A model generated the notes under the pieces. The model was not told where the DNA came from and ran no database searches. It saw only the letters and a list, made by a program, of their open reading frames with translations. 64,000 nt of DNA, from NCBI GenBank assembly GCA_964016885.1, contig OZ024743.1:336908001-336972000 (forward strand), in the 5' to 3' direction. Positions 29,201 to 42,411 of this stretch are shown in pieces; the stretch's first letter is position 1; each line of letters starts with the position of its first letter. The position numbers and the translations under genes were made by a program. Source of the DNA: Eledone cirrhosa (lineage: Eukaryota).

Positions 29201-32200
29201 CATATCAAACCATGACATAACATTGTACACTAATCTATAATATAACATATCAAACTATAGGATAATATTGTACATTAAACTGTAATATAACATATCAAAG
29301 CATGACATAACATTGTATACTAAACTTTAATGTAACATATCAAACTATAGGATATCCTTGTACACTAAACTGTAATATAACATATCAAACTATAAGATAA
29401 CATTGTACACTAAACTGCAATATAACATATCAAACTATGAGATAACATTGTACACTAAACTATAATATAACATATCAAAATTTAGGATAACATTGTACAA
29501 TAAACTGTAATATAACGTATCAAACTATAAGATAACATTGTACACTAAACTGTAATATAACGTATCAAACCATGACATAACATTGTACACTAAACTGTAA
29601 TATAACATATCAAATTATAGGATAACGTTGTACCCTAAACTATAATATGACATATCAAAACATGTCATAACATTGTACACTAAACTGTAATTTAACATAT
29701 CAAACTATAGGATAACATTGTGCACTAAACTGTAATATAACATATCAAACCATGACTTAACGATGTACACTAAACTGTAATATAACATATCAAATTATAA
29801 GATAACATTGTACACTTAACTGTAATATAACATATTGAACCATGAGATAACATTGTACACGAAACTGTAATATAATATATCAAACTATAAGATAACATTG
29901 TACACTAAACTGTAATATAACATATCAAACTATAAGATAACATTGTACACTAAACTGTAACATAACATATCAAACCATGACATATCATTGTACAATAAAC
30001 TGTAATATAACATATCAGACCATGAGATATCATTGTACACTAAACTGTAATATAACATATCAAACTATAGGATAATCTTGTATACTAAACTGTAATATAA
30101 CATATTAAACCATGACATATCGTTGTACACTAAACTGTAATATAACATATCAAACTATAGGATAACATTGTACAATAAACTGTAATATAACTTATCAGAG
30201 CATGACATAACATTGTACACTAAACTGTAATATAACATATCGGACCATGAGATAATATTGTACACTAAACTGTAATATAACATATCAAACTATAAGATAA
30301 CATTGTACACTAAACTGTAACATAACATATCAAACCATGATATATCATTGTACACTAAACTGCAATATGATATATGAAACTATAATATAACATTGTAAAC
30401 TAAATTTTAATATAACATATCAAACCATGAGATAACATTGTACACTAAACTGTAATATAACGTATCAAACTATAAGATAACATTGTACACTAAACTGTAA
30501 TATAACATATCAAACCATGACATAACATTGTACACTAAACTGTAATATAACATATCAAATTATAGGATAACGTTGTACCCTAAACTATAATATGACATAT
30601 CAAACCATGACATAACATTGTACACTAAACTGTAATATAACATATCAAACTATAGGATAACATTGTACACAAAACTGTAATATAACATATCAAACCATGA
30701 CATAACAGTATACACTAAACTGTAATATAACATATCAAACTATAGGATAACACTGTACAATAAACTGTAATATAACATATCAAACCATGACATAACAATG
30801 TACACTAAACTGTAATATAACATATCAAACTATAAGATAACATCGTACACTTAACTGTAATATAACATATTAAACCATGAGATAACATTGTACACTAAAC
30901 TGTAATATAACATATCAAACTATAGGATAACACTGTACACTAAACTGTAATATAACATATCAAAGCATGACATAACATTGTATACTAAACTTTAATATAA
31001 CATATCAAACTATAGGATATCCTTGTACACTAAACTGTAATATAACATATCAAACTATAAGATAACATTGTACACTAAACTGCAATATAACATATCAAAC
31101 TATGAGATAACATTGTACACTAAACTATAATATAACATATCAAAATTTAGGATAACATTGTACAATAAACTGTAATATAATATATCAAACTATAAGATAA
31201 CATTGTACACTAAACTGTAATATAACATATCAAACCATGACATAACATTGTACACTAAACTGCAATATAACATATCAAACCATGAGATAACATTGTACAC
31301 TAAACTATAATATAACATATCAAACCATGATATAACATTGTACACTAAACTGCAATATAACTTATCAAACTATAGGATAACATTGTACCCTAAACTGTAA
31401 TATAACATATCAAATCATGACATAACATTGTACATTCAACTGTAATATAACATATCAAACTATAGGATAACATTGTACACAAAACTATAATATACCATAT
31501 CAAACTATAAGATAACATTGTACACTAAACTCTAATATAACATATCAAATTATAGGATAACATTGTACACTAAACTTTAATATAACATATCAAACCATGA
31601 CATAACATTGTACACTATACTGTAATATAACATGTCAAACTACAGGAAAACATTGTACAATAAACTGTAATATACCATATCAAACTATAAGATAATATTG
31701 TACACTAAACTGCAATATAACATATCAAACCATGACATAACATTGTACACTAATCTATAATATAACATATCAAACTATGGGATAACATTGTACACTAAAC
31801 TGCAATATAACATGTCAAACCATGGCATAACATTGTACACTATACTGTAATATAACATATCAAACTATTAGATAACATTGTACACTAAACTGTAATATAA
31901 CATATCAAACTAGAGGATAACATCGTACAATAAACTGTAATATAACATATCAAACTATACGATAACATTGTACACTAAACTGTAATATAACATATCAAAT
32001 TATAGGATAACATTGTACAATAAACTGTAATATAACATATCAAACTATAAGATAACATTGTACACTAAACTGTAATATAACATATCAAACCATGACATAA
32101 CATTGTACACTAATCTATAATATAACATATCAAACTATGGGATAACATTGTACACTAAACTGCAATATAACATGTCAAACCATGGCATAACATTGTACAC

Positions 32201-33330
32201 TATACTGTAATATAACATATCAAACTATTAGATAACATTGTACACTAAACTGTAATATAACATATCAAACCATGACATAACTTTGTACACTAAACTGTAA
32301 TATAACATATCAAATTATAGGATAACATTGTACAATAAACTGTAATATAACTTATCAAACTATAAGATAACATTGTACAATAAACTGTAATATAACATAT
32401 CAAACTATAAGATAACATTGTACACTAAACTCTAATATAACATATCAAACTATAAGATAACATTGTTCACTAAACTGTAATATAACATATCAAACTATAA
32501 GATAACATTGTACACTAAACTGTAATATAACATATCAAACCATGTCATAACATTGTACACTAAACTGTAATATAACATATCAAACTATAGGATAACATTG
32601 TACACTAAACTATAATATAACATATCAAACTATGACATAACATTGTACACTCAACTGTAATATAACTTATCAAACTATAGGATAACATTGTACACTAAAC
32701 TGTAATATAACATATCAAACTATAAGATAACATCGTACACTAAACTGTAATATAACATATCAAACTATAAGATTACATTGTACACTAAACTGTAATATAA
32801 CATATCAAACTATAGGATAACATTGTACACTAAACTGTAATATAACATATCAAACTATAGGATAATATTGTACACTAAACTATAATATAACATATCAAAC
32901 CATGACATAACATTGTACACTCAACTGTAATATAACATATCAAACTATAGGATAACATTGTACACTAAACTGTAACATAATATATCAAACTATAAGATAA
33001 CATTGTTCACTAAACTGTAATATAACATATCAAACTATAAGATAACATTGTACACTAAACTGTAATATCACATATCAAACCATGACAACATTGTACACTA
33101 ATCTATAATATAACATATCACACTATAGGATAACATTGTACACTAAACTGTAATATAACATATCTAAGCATGACATAACATTGTACATTAAACTGTAATA
33201 TAACATATCTAAGCATGTCATAACATTGTACACTAAACTGTAATATAACATATCAAACTATAGGATAACATTGTACACTAAACTATAATATAACATATCA
33301 AACTATTACATAACATTGAACACTAAATTG
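11235..33330. repeat. 45-bp tandem satellite array (~490 units)
   Basis: Consensus TATAACATATCAAAC[CATGAC|TATAGG|TATAAG|CATGAG]ATAACATTGTACACTAAACTGTAA repeated head to tail. Confidence 0.99.
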
Positions 33331-34236
33331 CTGACTAACAACTGACTGAAGTAGTGGTATATGTTTCTAAAGTAGAAAGCCAAGCTACCAAAAGGATTAT
33401 AGAATCATCTTACCTATAATTGCACATTGCTCACTAAACTACTTACAAAATGGCGGTTCCGATGTCACCAGAAGTGGCTTGACACAGCCGGTTTCCCATC
33501 ACATCTGTAGCCTGATAGACGGGAAAAGCCTTTTCTGGTTCTCGTGATACGACACGTTCTCCACCTCAACATGTGCCGCTTCAGCCACAAACACGAGCCC
33601 TCTTTCTTGAACCACAAATGAGAGGAAGATAGCCAATCACTGGAATTTGAATGATCGCTTCCTTTTCTTTTTTGCTGTCAAGACATCTGGTGTTTAGGGT
33701 CTCCGAATTGCCATTTCCTTTTGCAATATTGGATGGGTAGTATATCCTGTCCGATGAAGAATCCCCGTGACCTGCAGTGGCTAATGCAGCGAATGTTGCT
33801 CGTTGTTTTCTGCGGTATTGTCTTTGTTATTTCTTCAGCGAGGCGCAGCTGAGATATACTTCTTCGACTAGGGTGTAGAATCTGCAGGTTTCTTTCTTCT
33901 TCTCTCCACTTTCTTATTTCTTTCGTTATTTTTTTTTATTGCAAAAATTATATAATTTAATTGAAATTTGTTGCAAAGAGCTGTATAGTGGTCAATATAT
34001 CTAAAACAGAATGCCAAGATACCAGAGGTATTATGGAATTATTTGAAATAATCATGATCATGCATCTCTTTCTTAATGTTTATAATTTCGATTCAAACTA
34101 TTTCCAATTTCAGTAATGATGTTACAACAAGCATTTTGCCTTCTAATCTCAAGGTCCTATGTTATACGGTTGTTTTGCTAATAGTTATTCTCCAAAGTTA
34201 TTCATTCATTAAATACTGCATGTCATTTAATTCTGC

Positions 34237-35020
34237 ATGGCTGGCGGGGGTAAAATCAGTCGGCTGGAAATTGCAGAGGACGTGGTGTTACTTAACTCGA
34301 CGGATGATCTTCGACTTACACTTGAAAGGTTTGATGCCGAGTGCTGCATAGCTGGAATGAAAATCAGTGCTGCGAAAACTGAGACACTCGTTCTCCCAAG
34401 GAAACCTGCTGAGTGCACTCTACATATAAATGGAGTTCCACTGGAGCAGATACAGAAGTTCCAGTATCTAGGGGCCGCGTTCACGTGTGATGGAAGGCAG
34501 TAGGCTGAATTAAGTACAAGAATTGCGGGATCTGGTGCAGTAATGTACCAGCTTCAACATTCAGTAATCAGAAGAAGGAAGGTAGGCGTAAAAGCTAAAC
34601 TCGCTATTCGGTATTCGTGCCACTCCTTGGATAATGACCGAAAGAATACGACCGCAAATACAAGCGGCTGAAATGGGATTCCTCCGAAGGGTCTTTGGAG
34701 TAACTTACGCGATAAAGTGCGTAGCTCGGAGATCAGAGAGTCGTTCCATGTAGAGACGCTACTTCTCCGAATTGCGAGACCACAGCTCTGATACTATAAG
34801 TCTGTGGTTAGAAGGTCTCAGGAAAGAATCACTGGGCAGATTTTTGCGGGAAAAACCAACCGACAGGTGACCCAGGTGTAGACTCCAAGCTAGGCGGCTG
34901 GTCACGCTTGAAGACACAGCCGGATTAGTTTGAGACGGTTGCTTGTGATAGGACTTGCTGGAAGGTGTGTTTGAGGACTCTGCCCCTATAACCCTTTCAG
35001 GAATGATTTGGTGAAGATGT
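34237..35020 (+). mobile_element. RTE-clade LINE 3' fragment (Rex3/Expander-like)
   Basis: EDVVLL...LERFDAECCIAGMKISAAKTETLV...LEQIQKFQYLG, then IQAAEMGFLRRV and RSSEIRE. Confidence 0.85.
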
Positions 35021-35783
35021 TATTTGTACATATATGCAGGATATTCATGTAATTATATTGTAGATATAAATTATTAAAATATTATTATGTTTAATCACTT
35101 CGATGTGTCAGTAATTAACATATACTATAAGGTTTCTCTTATGCAAACTATTAATTTATCAAAACGCAAATTTCCCAGTTTGTATGTTTGTTCATATATC
35201 AGGTAATCATGGTATGACATAGCAATGTTGGACTGGAAACATTAAATACGTTCAACGTTATTGCCTTCATTATTGACAACAGGGGTCCACTAGTTTATAA
35301 TATTCTAATGATCATGCATTACTTTCTTATTGTATATAATTTCAATTCAATCAATTGTACAGCTTTCTACAAACAACTGCATTACATATCACAATATTTT
35401 TTTTTAAAGCAAAGCATTGGCCACTAAAATACTACAGTGGGCTTCTGAAATGCTACCGTGTGCTCGTTGGGGCCAACTTGCCATTGAGCAACCTGGCAAC
35501 CTTGTCAGTCCGCCACTCTATATAGGCATTGGCCCTATTTTGTTGTGTGCGTAGCCGTATGTGTATATCCTAGAGTAATTTGTGGGGCGGCAATGTGATG
35601 TATATTCGCCGGTATTCAAGTGAGTATTTACGTGGGCACACAAGCAATTACGTATTCGTGTGTGTGTGTGTGTGGGCACGTTTTGTATTGGACATTCAAT
35701 ACACACACACACAGACACACACACACACATATTTATATATGGTAGTTCCGTCAACTTATTATACACACACACACACACGCACA

Positions 35784-35822
<39 letters not shown>

Positions 35823-35868
35823 TATACAATTATCAAAGTTGTGTTCAAATCATTTAATAGCTGACAAT

Positions 35869-36410
35869 GCATATGAATTGTTATCGCACTCTTCCTTTCT
35901 CAAAACTGCTTCCTCAATGCCGCTTTAATGTTGGGACTGTTCCCTTGTTTTAACTGTTACATGTATTCCACTCCGTGCTTTTGATTTTGATTTTGATTTT
36001 GATTTTAATTTAATTTTGATGTTAATTTGAATTTGAACTTGAATGCTTGTACAATTATTGTACAATTCTCGTAAAATATATGTCGCATCCATTTCACCCT
36101 GTAAATACGAAACTGCTGCTCACAACATCAATTTATATGTATCTATAGTATTGTTCAGTTGAATAAGAGGTGAATTATATGTGCAAACATTGATAATGCT
36201 CCGATGACTCCAAACGAGAGTTTGGGAGAAACGATTGTCAGCTATTAAATGATTTGAACACAACTTTGATAATTGTATAATTTATTGATTTAACTGCTCT
36301 GCAAAACAATTGATGTTCATACATTGAGCTATTTCCCTTACTGGTAATAAGGTTATTAAGAAATGACTGACCTTCCTGTTTGTGGTTGTTTATACTAAAT
36401 ACATAACTAC
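35869..36410 (+). repeat. 5' pLTR (~540 bp)
   Basis: GCATATGAATTGTTAT...ACATAACTAC, near-identical to 39928-40463. Confidence 0.9.
36194..36247 (+). ncRNA. Type I hammerhead ribozyme (U4C core) in 5' pLTR
   Basis: TAATGCT-CCGATGA-CTCCAAAC gaga GTTTGGGA-GAAAC-GATT-GTC-AGCTATTA. Confidence 0.8.
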
Positions 36411-36469
36411 AAATAGTATTATTATTTACTGCTCCATATAGTTGAGCTAACATACATTAAATTACCAGT

Positions 36470-38927
36470 ATGCTTATCAAAGATCACCCTCCTATGTCTA
36501 CTAAGAACATACCAATGCCACCTAAGGATACATATGAAAAATTATTGATCAATAGTGTCAACTCTTTTATCAATAGAGTGAGATGGAGGACATTCCATTA
36601 CGATAGAAAACGTTCAGACAAAACAGGGATACCAACAATTTCAACAATTACGGCTTTAAAACATTTAAAAGCCCTCCCCACAACACATTATTAAGCTCCT
36701 TTGAAGATGATCTAATTAAACTAGTTAAGAACATAAAATACAAAAAAAAAACATTATAATAGAAACAACACCTTCTTAAACTACTTTAACTCCACTATTA
36801 AAGGATTTAATGAAAATAGAAAAATCATAGTGCATGCAGATAAAAGTAATAATATATATAGCTTAGATTACGATACTTATAGAAAATGTTATATATAAGG
36901 AACTGCACAGGAGCTACAAGAAAACTACTACTAAAAACCTGGAAGATATAAATATTAAAGCTGTAATATAGTGAGTAAATTAGGACTTCAGAGACATACA
37001 CAGCCATACACCCCTAATCCCCCAAGATTCTCTCTGAAGGACCATAAGGAAGACTTCATTAGTAACCCTTCAATTAGACTGATTTGCCCTTCCAAGTCTG
37101 ACATTGGTATTATCAGCAAGAAAATATTAGATAAAATCATCCCACAATTTAAGCACAAAATTTACCTTAACCAATGGGGAAATACGGGCGAGGTTATTGA
37201 ATGGTTCAAGTGTATTAAAGAGTATAAAAATAAAAAATGTATACAATTTGATATCAATTCATACAACACCTCTGTTTCCCCTATCCTATTAAATGAGGCT
37301 CTAATTATGGCCATGAACAATAGTGACCTGACTAGATCCCAAATTGATGTCATACTTGCGGCCCGAAAAACCATAATTTCTTTTGAAGATCAATTAAGGA
37401 CCCGCAAGGATACGCATAACAACTTTGACATAACCATGGGATCTAGTGACTCGGCGCAGGTCACCGATTTGGTGGGCCTATACCTACTTAATGAAATCCA
37501 CAAGAACCTACCTCAACGTTGGTTTATACCGCGATGATGTGCTTCTTCTTATAGACTATAAAAATTTTAATATAGAAAAAACTAGGAAACAGTTACACAA
37601 AGTTTTCAAAAACTACAACTTAAGTATCATCTTAGATAAAAACACTAAAAACGTCAACTTCCTTGACGCTACCCTTAGCCTAGACTCTAGAGTATACACA
37701 CCCTATCATAAGCCTAACGAAAAACTAATGTATGTGAACACCAACTCTAACCACCCTAAATCCATATTAAACTCCATTACCAAAGGAATATCTAATAGAA
37801 TCTCTAATCTATCATATAATGAAACTATATTCAACAATAATTCACAATACTATAATGAGGCCTTAGCTAAATCAGGACATAAGAATGAGATTGAATTCCT
37901 ACCTATAAAATCACATAGTTACAACATTATTTCTCATAATAAGGCCATGAGGGAAAATAGTAAAAACAATAGCCACTATAACTCTAAGAATAAGACTGAT
38001 ACCAAACTTAACTCGCACCAAAGTAAACACCACAATAATAATACAAACAGGAATATAAATACCTAAAAAAACAATACTATAAACAAAAGTAGAAGGAGAA
38101 CTAATAAATTCATTAATCCCCCTTTCAATCTAAACGTCTCTACCAACTTGCCTAAGGCTTTCTTCTCAATCTTAGAAAAAAACTTCCCAACCGGCCACAA
38201 GTACCATAGCCTTATCAATAAAAATACAATTAAAATATCGTACTCCACCACACCTAACATAGCATACCATATAGCTAGTAGTAATAAAAGGAAGATTAAT
38301 AGCTATTTCCAACTAATTAAAACCCAACAGGAGGTAAACTTAGTACCTGTAAACAATGGTAGTAATAATGGTAATAATGATAATAGCACTAATGAAATCA
38401 ATAACAATACGAATGATAGGCATCATTAGCCTAATGCTACCCCTAGCAACCAGAATTCTTCACAACATAGGAACCGGCAAGCTAACACCCAGAATAAATG
38501 TAACTGTAGAACTAATAGAACTTGCCCCTTAGGTAATAATTGCTTAACCAAAGACATCATCTACTCATGCACCGTCAACGCAAACAACTCTTTTAAAACA
38601 TATATAGGTTCTACTTCGAACAACTTCAAGACGAGATACAACTCGCACCTCTACTCTTTCAAAAAACACAATCTAGCCAGCTCCACTTCTTTATCTAGCT
38701 ACATACACTCTCTGAAAACTAGGAATAGACCATTTACACTGCAATGGGAAGTAGTATACAGGGCCTCATCGTATAAACCACCGAATAAATTGTGTAATCT
38801 CTGCCTTCTGGAGACCTATACTATAATCTTTTCGAAACTAAACCTCCTTAATAGAAAGTCAGAGACATTTTCCTCGTGCCAACACCGGTACCGACACTCG
38901 TTCCATAACTTTAAACCTAGCCGTTAG
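36470..38927 (+). pseudogene. PLE RT/GIY-YIG ORF, full extent but frameshifted
   Basis: LKDHKEDF..NPSIRLICPSKSDIG, FDINSY, MGSSDSAQVTDLVGLYLL, GLYRDD, NFLD, CNCR..CPLGNNCL, YIGSTSNNFKTRYNSH, CNLCLLE, LLNRKSE. Confidence 0.92.
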
Positions 38928-39927
38928 TATACAACAATGTCAGATTTGAATCCCCCACCACCATTAACACTACACATCTAGGACTTAGCAGCACCCACAA
39001 CCACAAACCCTTCGACCAACTCTTTCCGCTACACAACTCCTATTCATCTATAACCTTATGCTCTGCAATAACAGTTAGAATTAGACATAGAGTTACCACC
39101 TTGTGATATAACTACAATAGATTAATTATATCATATGCAGTAATTGATATTTGGCACTTGGTATGTAGAGATATTTAATGAAATGTATGATGATGGACTA
39201 TATGTGCATTTATGGTTGCATAAGTAAATGATTAAATTGCACAACATAATATATGCACTTATAATTAAATATAAAATGTGATAGCATTCTATGTTAGGGA
39301 TGATGTTATTGCACATGTAGCATATCTATTATGACATATTAACAGCTGTATGATCCTTCATGACATATACCTTGTCCAGGAATGAATAGATAACAATCTA
39401 AAGAAACCTTTAATGTATGATAGTAGAATACACTATATTGTAAAATCAGGCATAAATATACAGGGTTATGTAACAGAGATCCAATGGTATCACATTATAT
39501 TGTGTATTAGAACAAAGAATTTTAATAACTGAACTGAACTTAATTAGCTAGTTACCTCTCCTTACGCATTAGCTCCCCTTATTCACTTCCGTAAATTAAC
39601 GATTGAAAATTTAACGGTTGATCAAATATAGTCTATGAATATGAATTCATTAAGACTAATTTACAATCCATTGCTCTAACTAACTTAAAAGACTCAATAT
39701 AAACACCAACTAAAGTTTATTTCAACATATGTCATAGAAAAGTCTGCAAAAACTGTGTTTCTCAACACATTAATTCGAACACCATAAGCATCCAACACCC
39801 ACCATAGACTCTAATACATTAACACAATTGCTTTAACTGCAGTATTTATTCATCTATATATGCGTAATAGCTTTGCTTGTCTCCTTCTCATGTATATGAC
39901 TTACGCAGTCACAATATCCACACGCCT

Positions 39928-40463
39928 GCATATGAATTGTTATTGCACTATTCCTTTCTCAAAACTGCTTCCTCAATGCCTCTTTAATGTTTGGACTGTT
40001 CCCTTGTTTTAACTGTTGCATGTATTCCACTCCGTGCTTTTGATTTTGATTTTGATTTTAATTTAATTTTGATTTTAATTTGAATTTGAACTTGAATGCT
40101 TGTACAATTATTGTACAATTCTCGTAAAATATATGTCGCATCCATTCCACCCTGTAAATACGAAACTGTTGCTCACAACATCAATTTATATGTATCTATA
40201 TTATTGTTCAGTTGAATAAGAGGTGAATTATATGTGCAAACATTGATAATGCTCCGATGACTCCAAACGAGAGTTTGGAAGAAACGATTGTCAGCTATTA
40301 AATGATTTGAACACAACTTTGATAATTGTATAATTTATTGATTTAACTGCTCTGCAAAACAATTGATGTTCATACATTGAGCTATTTCCCTTACTGGTAA
40401 TAAGGTTATTAAGAAATTACTGACCTTCCTGTTTGTGGTTGTTTATACTAAATACATAACTAC
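39928..40463 (+). repeat. 3' pLTR
   Basis: Direct repeat of 35869-36410. Confidence 0.9.
40247..40300 (+). ncRNA. Type I hammerhead ribozyme (U4C core) in 3' pLTR
   Basis: GCT-CCGATGA(40254-40260)-CTCCAAAC gaga GTTTGGAA-GAAAC-GATT-GTC-AGC. Confidence 0.8.
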
Positions 40464-40645
40464 GCGGTGAATTGGCAGTATCGGTAGAGGGTTGGACGCG
40501 ATGCTTTCTAGCATAGTTACATCCCTTTACAGTCTGAGTTCAAATCCCGCCGAGGTTAACTTTGCCTTTCATCTTTACGGGGTCGATAAAATAAAGTACC
40601 AGTAATGTACTGGGTAATTGCTGGCCTTGTGCCTAAAGTAGAAAC

Positions 40646-40651
<6 letters not shown>
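40464..40651 (+). mobile_element. tRNA-derived SINE
   Basis: A-box-like TGGCAGTATCGGTAGAG, B-box GAGTTCAAATCC, and the family tail ...GGCCTTGTGCCTAAAGTAGAAACAATTAT. Confidence 0.85.
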
Positions 40652-40702
<51 letters not shown>

Positions 40703-40703
<1 letters not shown>

Positions 40704-41946
40704 TAGCAGCATGAGTGCCTGTTAAAAACTCACAAGTATCATAGCAGTAAGGCGTAGGCTACTTACCTCAAAAGTTCATTCGCACTCTTTCCACTAAGTT
40801 ACTCTTTCTCTCTATCTCTCAGCACCTCCAATGAGAAACGTTTATTTGTGAGTGCCAGTTAAAAACTCACGAAAATATACCGACAGGAAACTTGTTTTAT
40901 TTGGAGAAAATTAAGAAGTTGAAAGTATAGTTTAGCTCTCTACATGCATTGTTCATAGAAATATTGTTGAGCCCTTTCTTTTAATATCCTCTGTTTTGGC
41001 CTATTGGAGTAAATGTGAAAGAGAAAGTCACAGGTTAAGTTGGCAGAAGGTTCCAGTGTCATAGGAGTAAGGCGTAGGCTACTTACCTCAAAAGTTCATT
41101 CGCACTCTTTCCACTAAGTTACTCTTTCTCTCTATCCCTCTCAGTGCAGTCCCTTGAGAATTTCTCACGTAGGCCTGGTGTAGATTTGCACCCGATCCAT
41201 CTGCCCGATGCACATGTCCGCTTTGTACGGCTTTTGGAGGAAGGAGTGACCAGCAGTACGTTGTTCGGTATTATTACGAAAAGGTGTAGCAGATAATCCC
41301 GCGTGAACTAAAAGCTCAGGAGGAAACTGCTTACCTCGAAGATTCATTTGCCATCGCTCTTGTCAACGCTCCGTTTAGCTGGTATTTGTTGGTCTACAGT
41401 TAGATGAATGGCGCACAAAGGGTTAATGTTTATTGGCAAGAAGTGCAACTGGGCTGGCTTGCCTCGCTTATATTATATATATTAAAATAACAGATTAAAG
41501 TTTAAGCAAAGAATCGCTGCTTTCACCCTTAACGGGATCTTCTGAAACTAAATAAATCAATCTGTGAACGCAGAAGTAAATATTTCGAAAATTGTTGCAA
41601 CCGAAGGAAAGCAGGAAGACGATACTTTGGTTCGTGAAGACGTTCCCTGGCAATGAACGGAAAATAGCGAACATAATATGTCATCAATGTTTGTCAGAAT
41701 GTCGTAATGCAGACAGCCGGGCATACAGACAGATATTATAAGGGCGCGACGGAGAGGGATAACCGGCACCTAACACCCCTTTAACAACGGAAAATTGAAA
41801 AATAAAAGTTGCAGTTAATATCTTTAGACCACAAGGAATATATAAATGCAAGTTTGAAGTCAATCGGAGTAGAAATGTGGATTTGTATAGACTTTGCAAA
41901 AATGAGGACACACACAGACAACTACAGTTTTATATATATGTATAGA
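40703..41946 (-). mobile_element. Non-autonomous Helitron-like element
   Basis: Minus strand starts A|TC and ends CTAG|T, with an imperfect subterminal hairpin (TGAGT...ACTCA). Internal ~85-bp duplication (~40738-40822 and ~41058-41144). Confidence 0.65.
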
Positions 41947-41996
41947 TATCACATAATAAACGGAGAATCAGTGGTGAGACGAATTAAAATTTATTA

Positions 41997-42091
41997 GACA
42001 TATTACAATCGTTTCTCTGACGACCAACACGAGGCACGATCGATGCGATGATCGAACCTGGCTCTGAAGTCGCAAGATCCTCAGATATGTC
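41997..42091 (-). ncRNA. Type I hammerhead ribozyme (left arm)
   Basis: Reverse strand: GACATAT-CTGAGGA-TCTTGCGAC...GTCGTCAGA-GAAAC-GATT-GTA-ATATGTC. Confidence 0.82.
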
Positions 42092-42130
42092 TCGATTTTT
42101 TGAGTTGGAAACTCTGCTTCGAAAAATCGA

Positions 42131-42225
42131 GACATATCTGAGGATCTTGCGACTTCAGAGTCAGGTTCGATCATCGCATCGATCGTGCCTCGAGTTGGTC
42201 GCCGGAGAAACGATTGTAATATGTC
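42131..42225 (+). ncRNA. Type I hammerhead ribozyme (right arm) with ~62-nt stem II domain
   Basis: GACATAT-CTGAGGA(42138-42144)-TCTTGCGAC...GTCGCCGGA-GAAAC-GATT-GTA(42216-42218)-ATATGTC. Confidence 0.85.
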
Positions 42226-42349
42226 TAATAAATTTTAATTCGTCGCACCACTGATTCTCCGTTTCTTATGTGATATTATACTCTGGTCTGTAAGTGCATC
42301 GAGTGCTCAAATAGCCTACCGCATACGGACGCTTTATGCATCCCACACC

Positions 42350-42410
<61 letters not shown>

Positions 42411-42411
<1 letters not shown>

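Larger units (their letters stand above)
35814..40463 (+). mobile_element. Near full-length Penelope-like element with two direct pLTRs and a short inverted 5' tag
   Basis: Direct repeats at ~35869-36410 and ~39928-40463 flank the RT/GIY-YIG ORF remnant. Bases 35814-35868 are the reverse complement of ~36234-36287. Confidence 0.93.
41946..42352. mobile_element. HHR fold-back element (arms ~41946-42100 and ~42122-42277) with a 3' tail ending in (TA)n
   Basis: Near-perfect palindrome, with a complete HHR in each arm. Confidence 0.85.

Noticed and set aside
11216-33330. Satellite as a 15-aa repeat protein (YYSLVYNVMSWFDML) or as a CRISPR-like array
   Set aside because: The TATAG/TATAA variants put stops in frame in many units. 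There are no unique spacers and no cas genes, and the context is eukaryotic.
40464-40560. tRNA gene
   Set aside because: A and B boxes are present but there is no cloverleaf. It is a SINE head.
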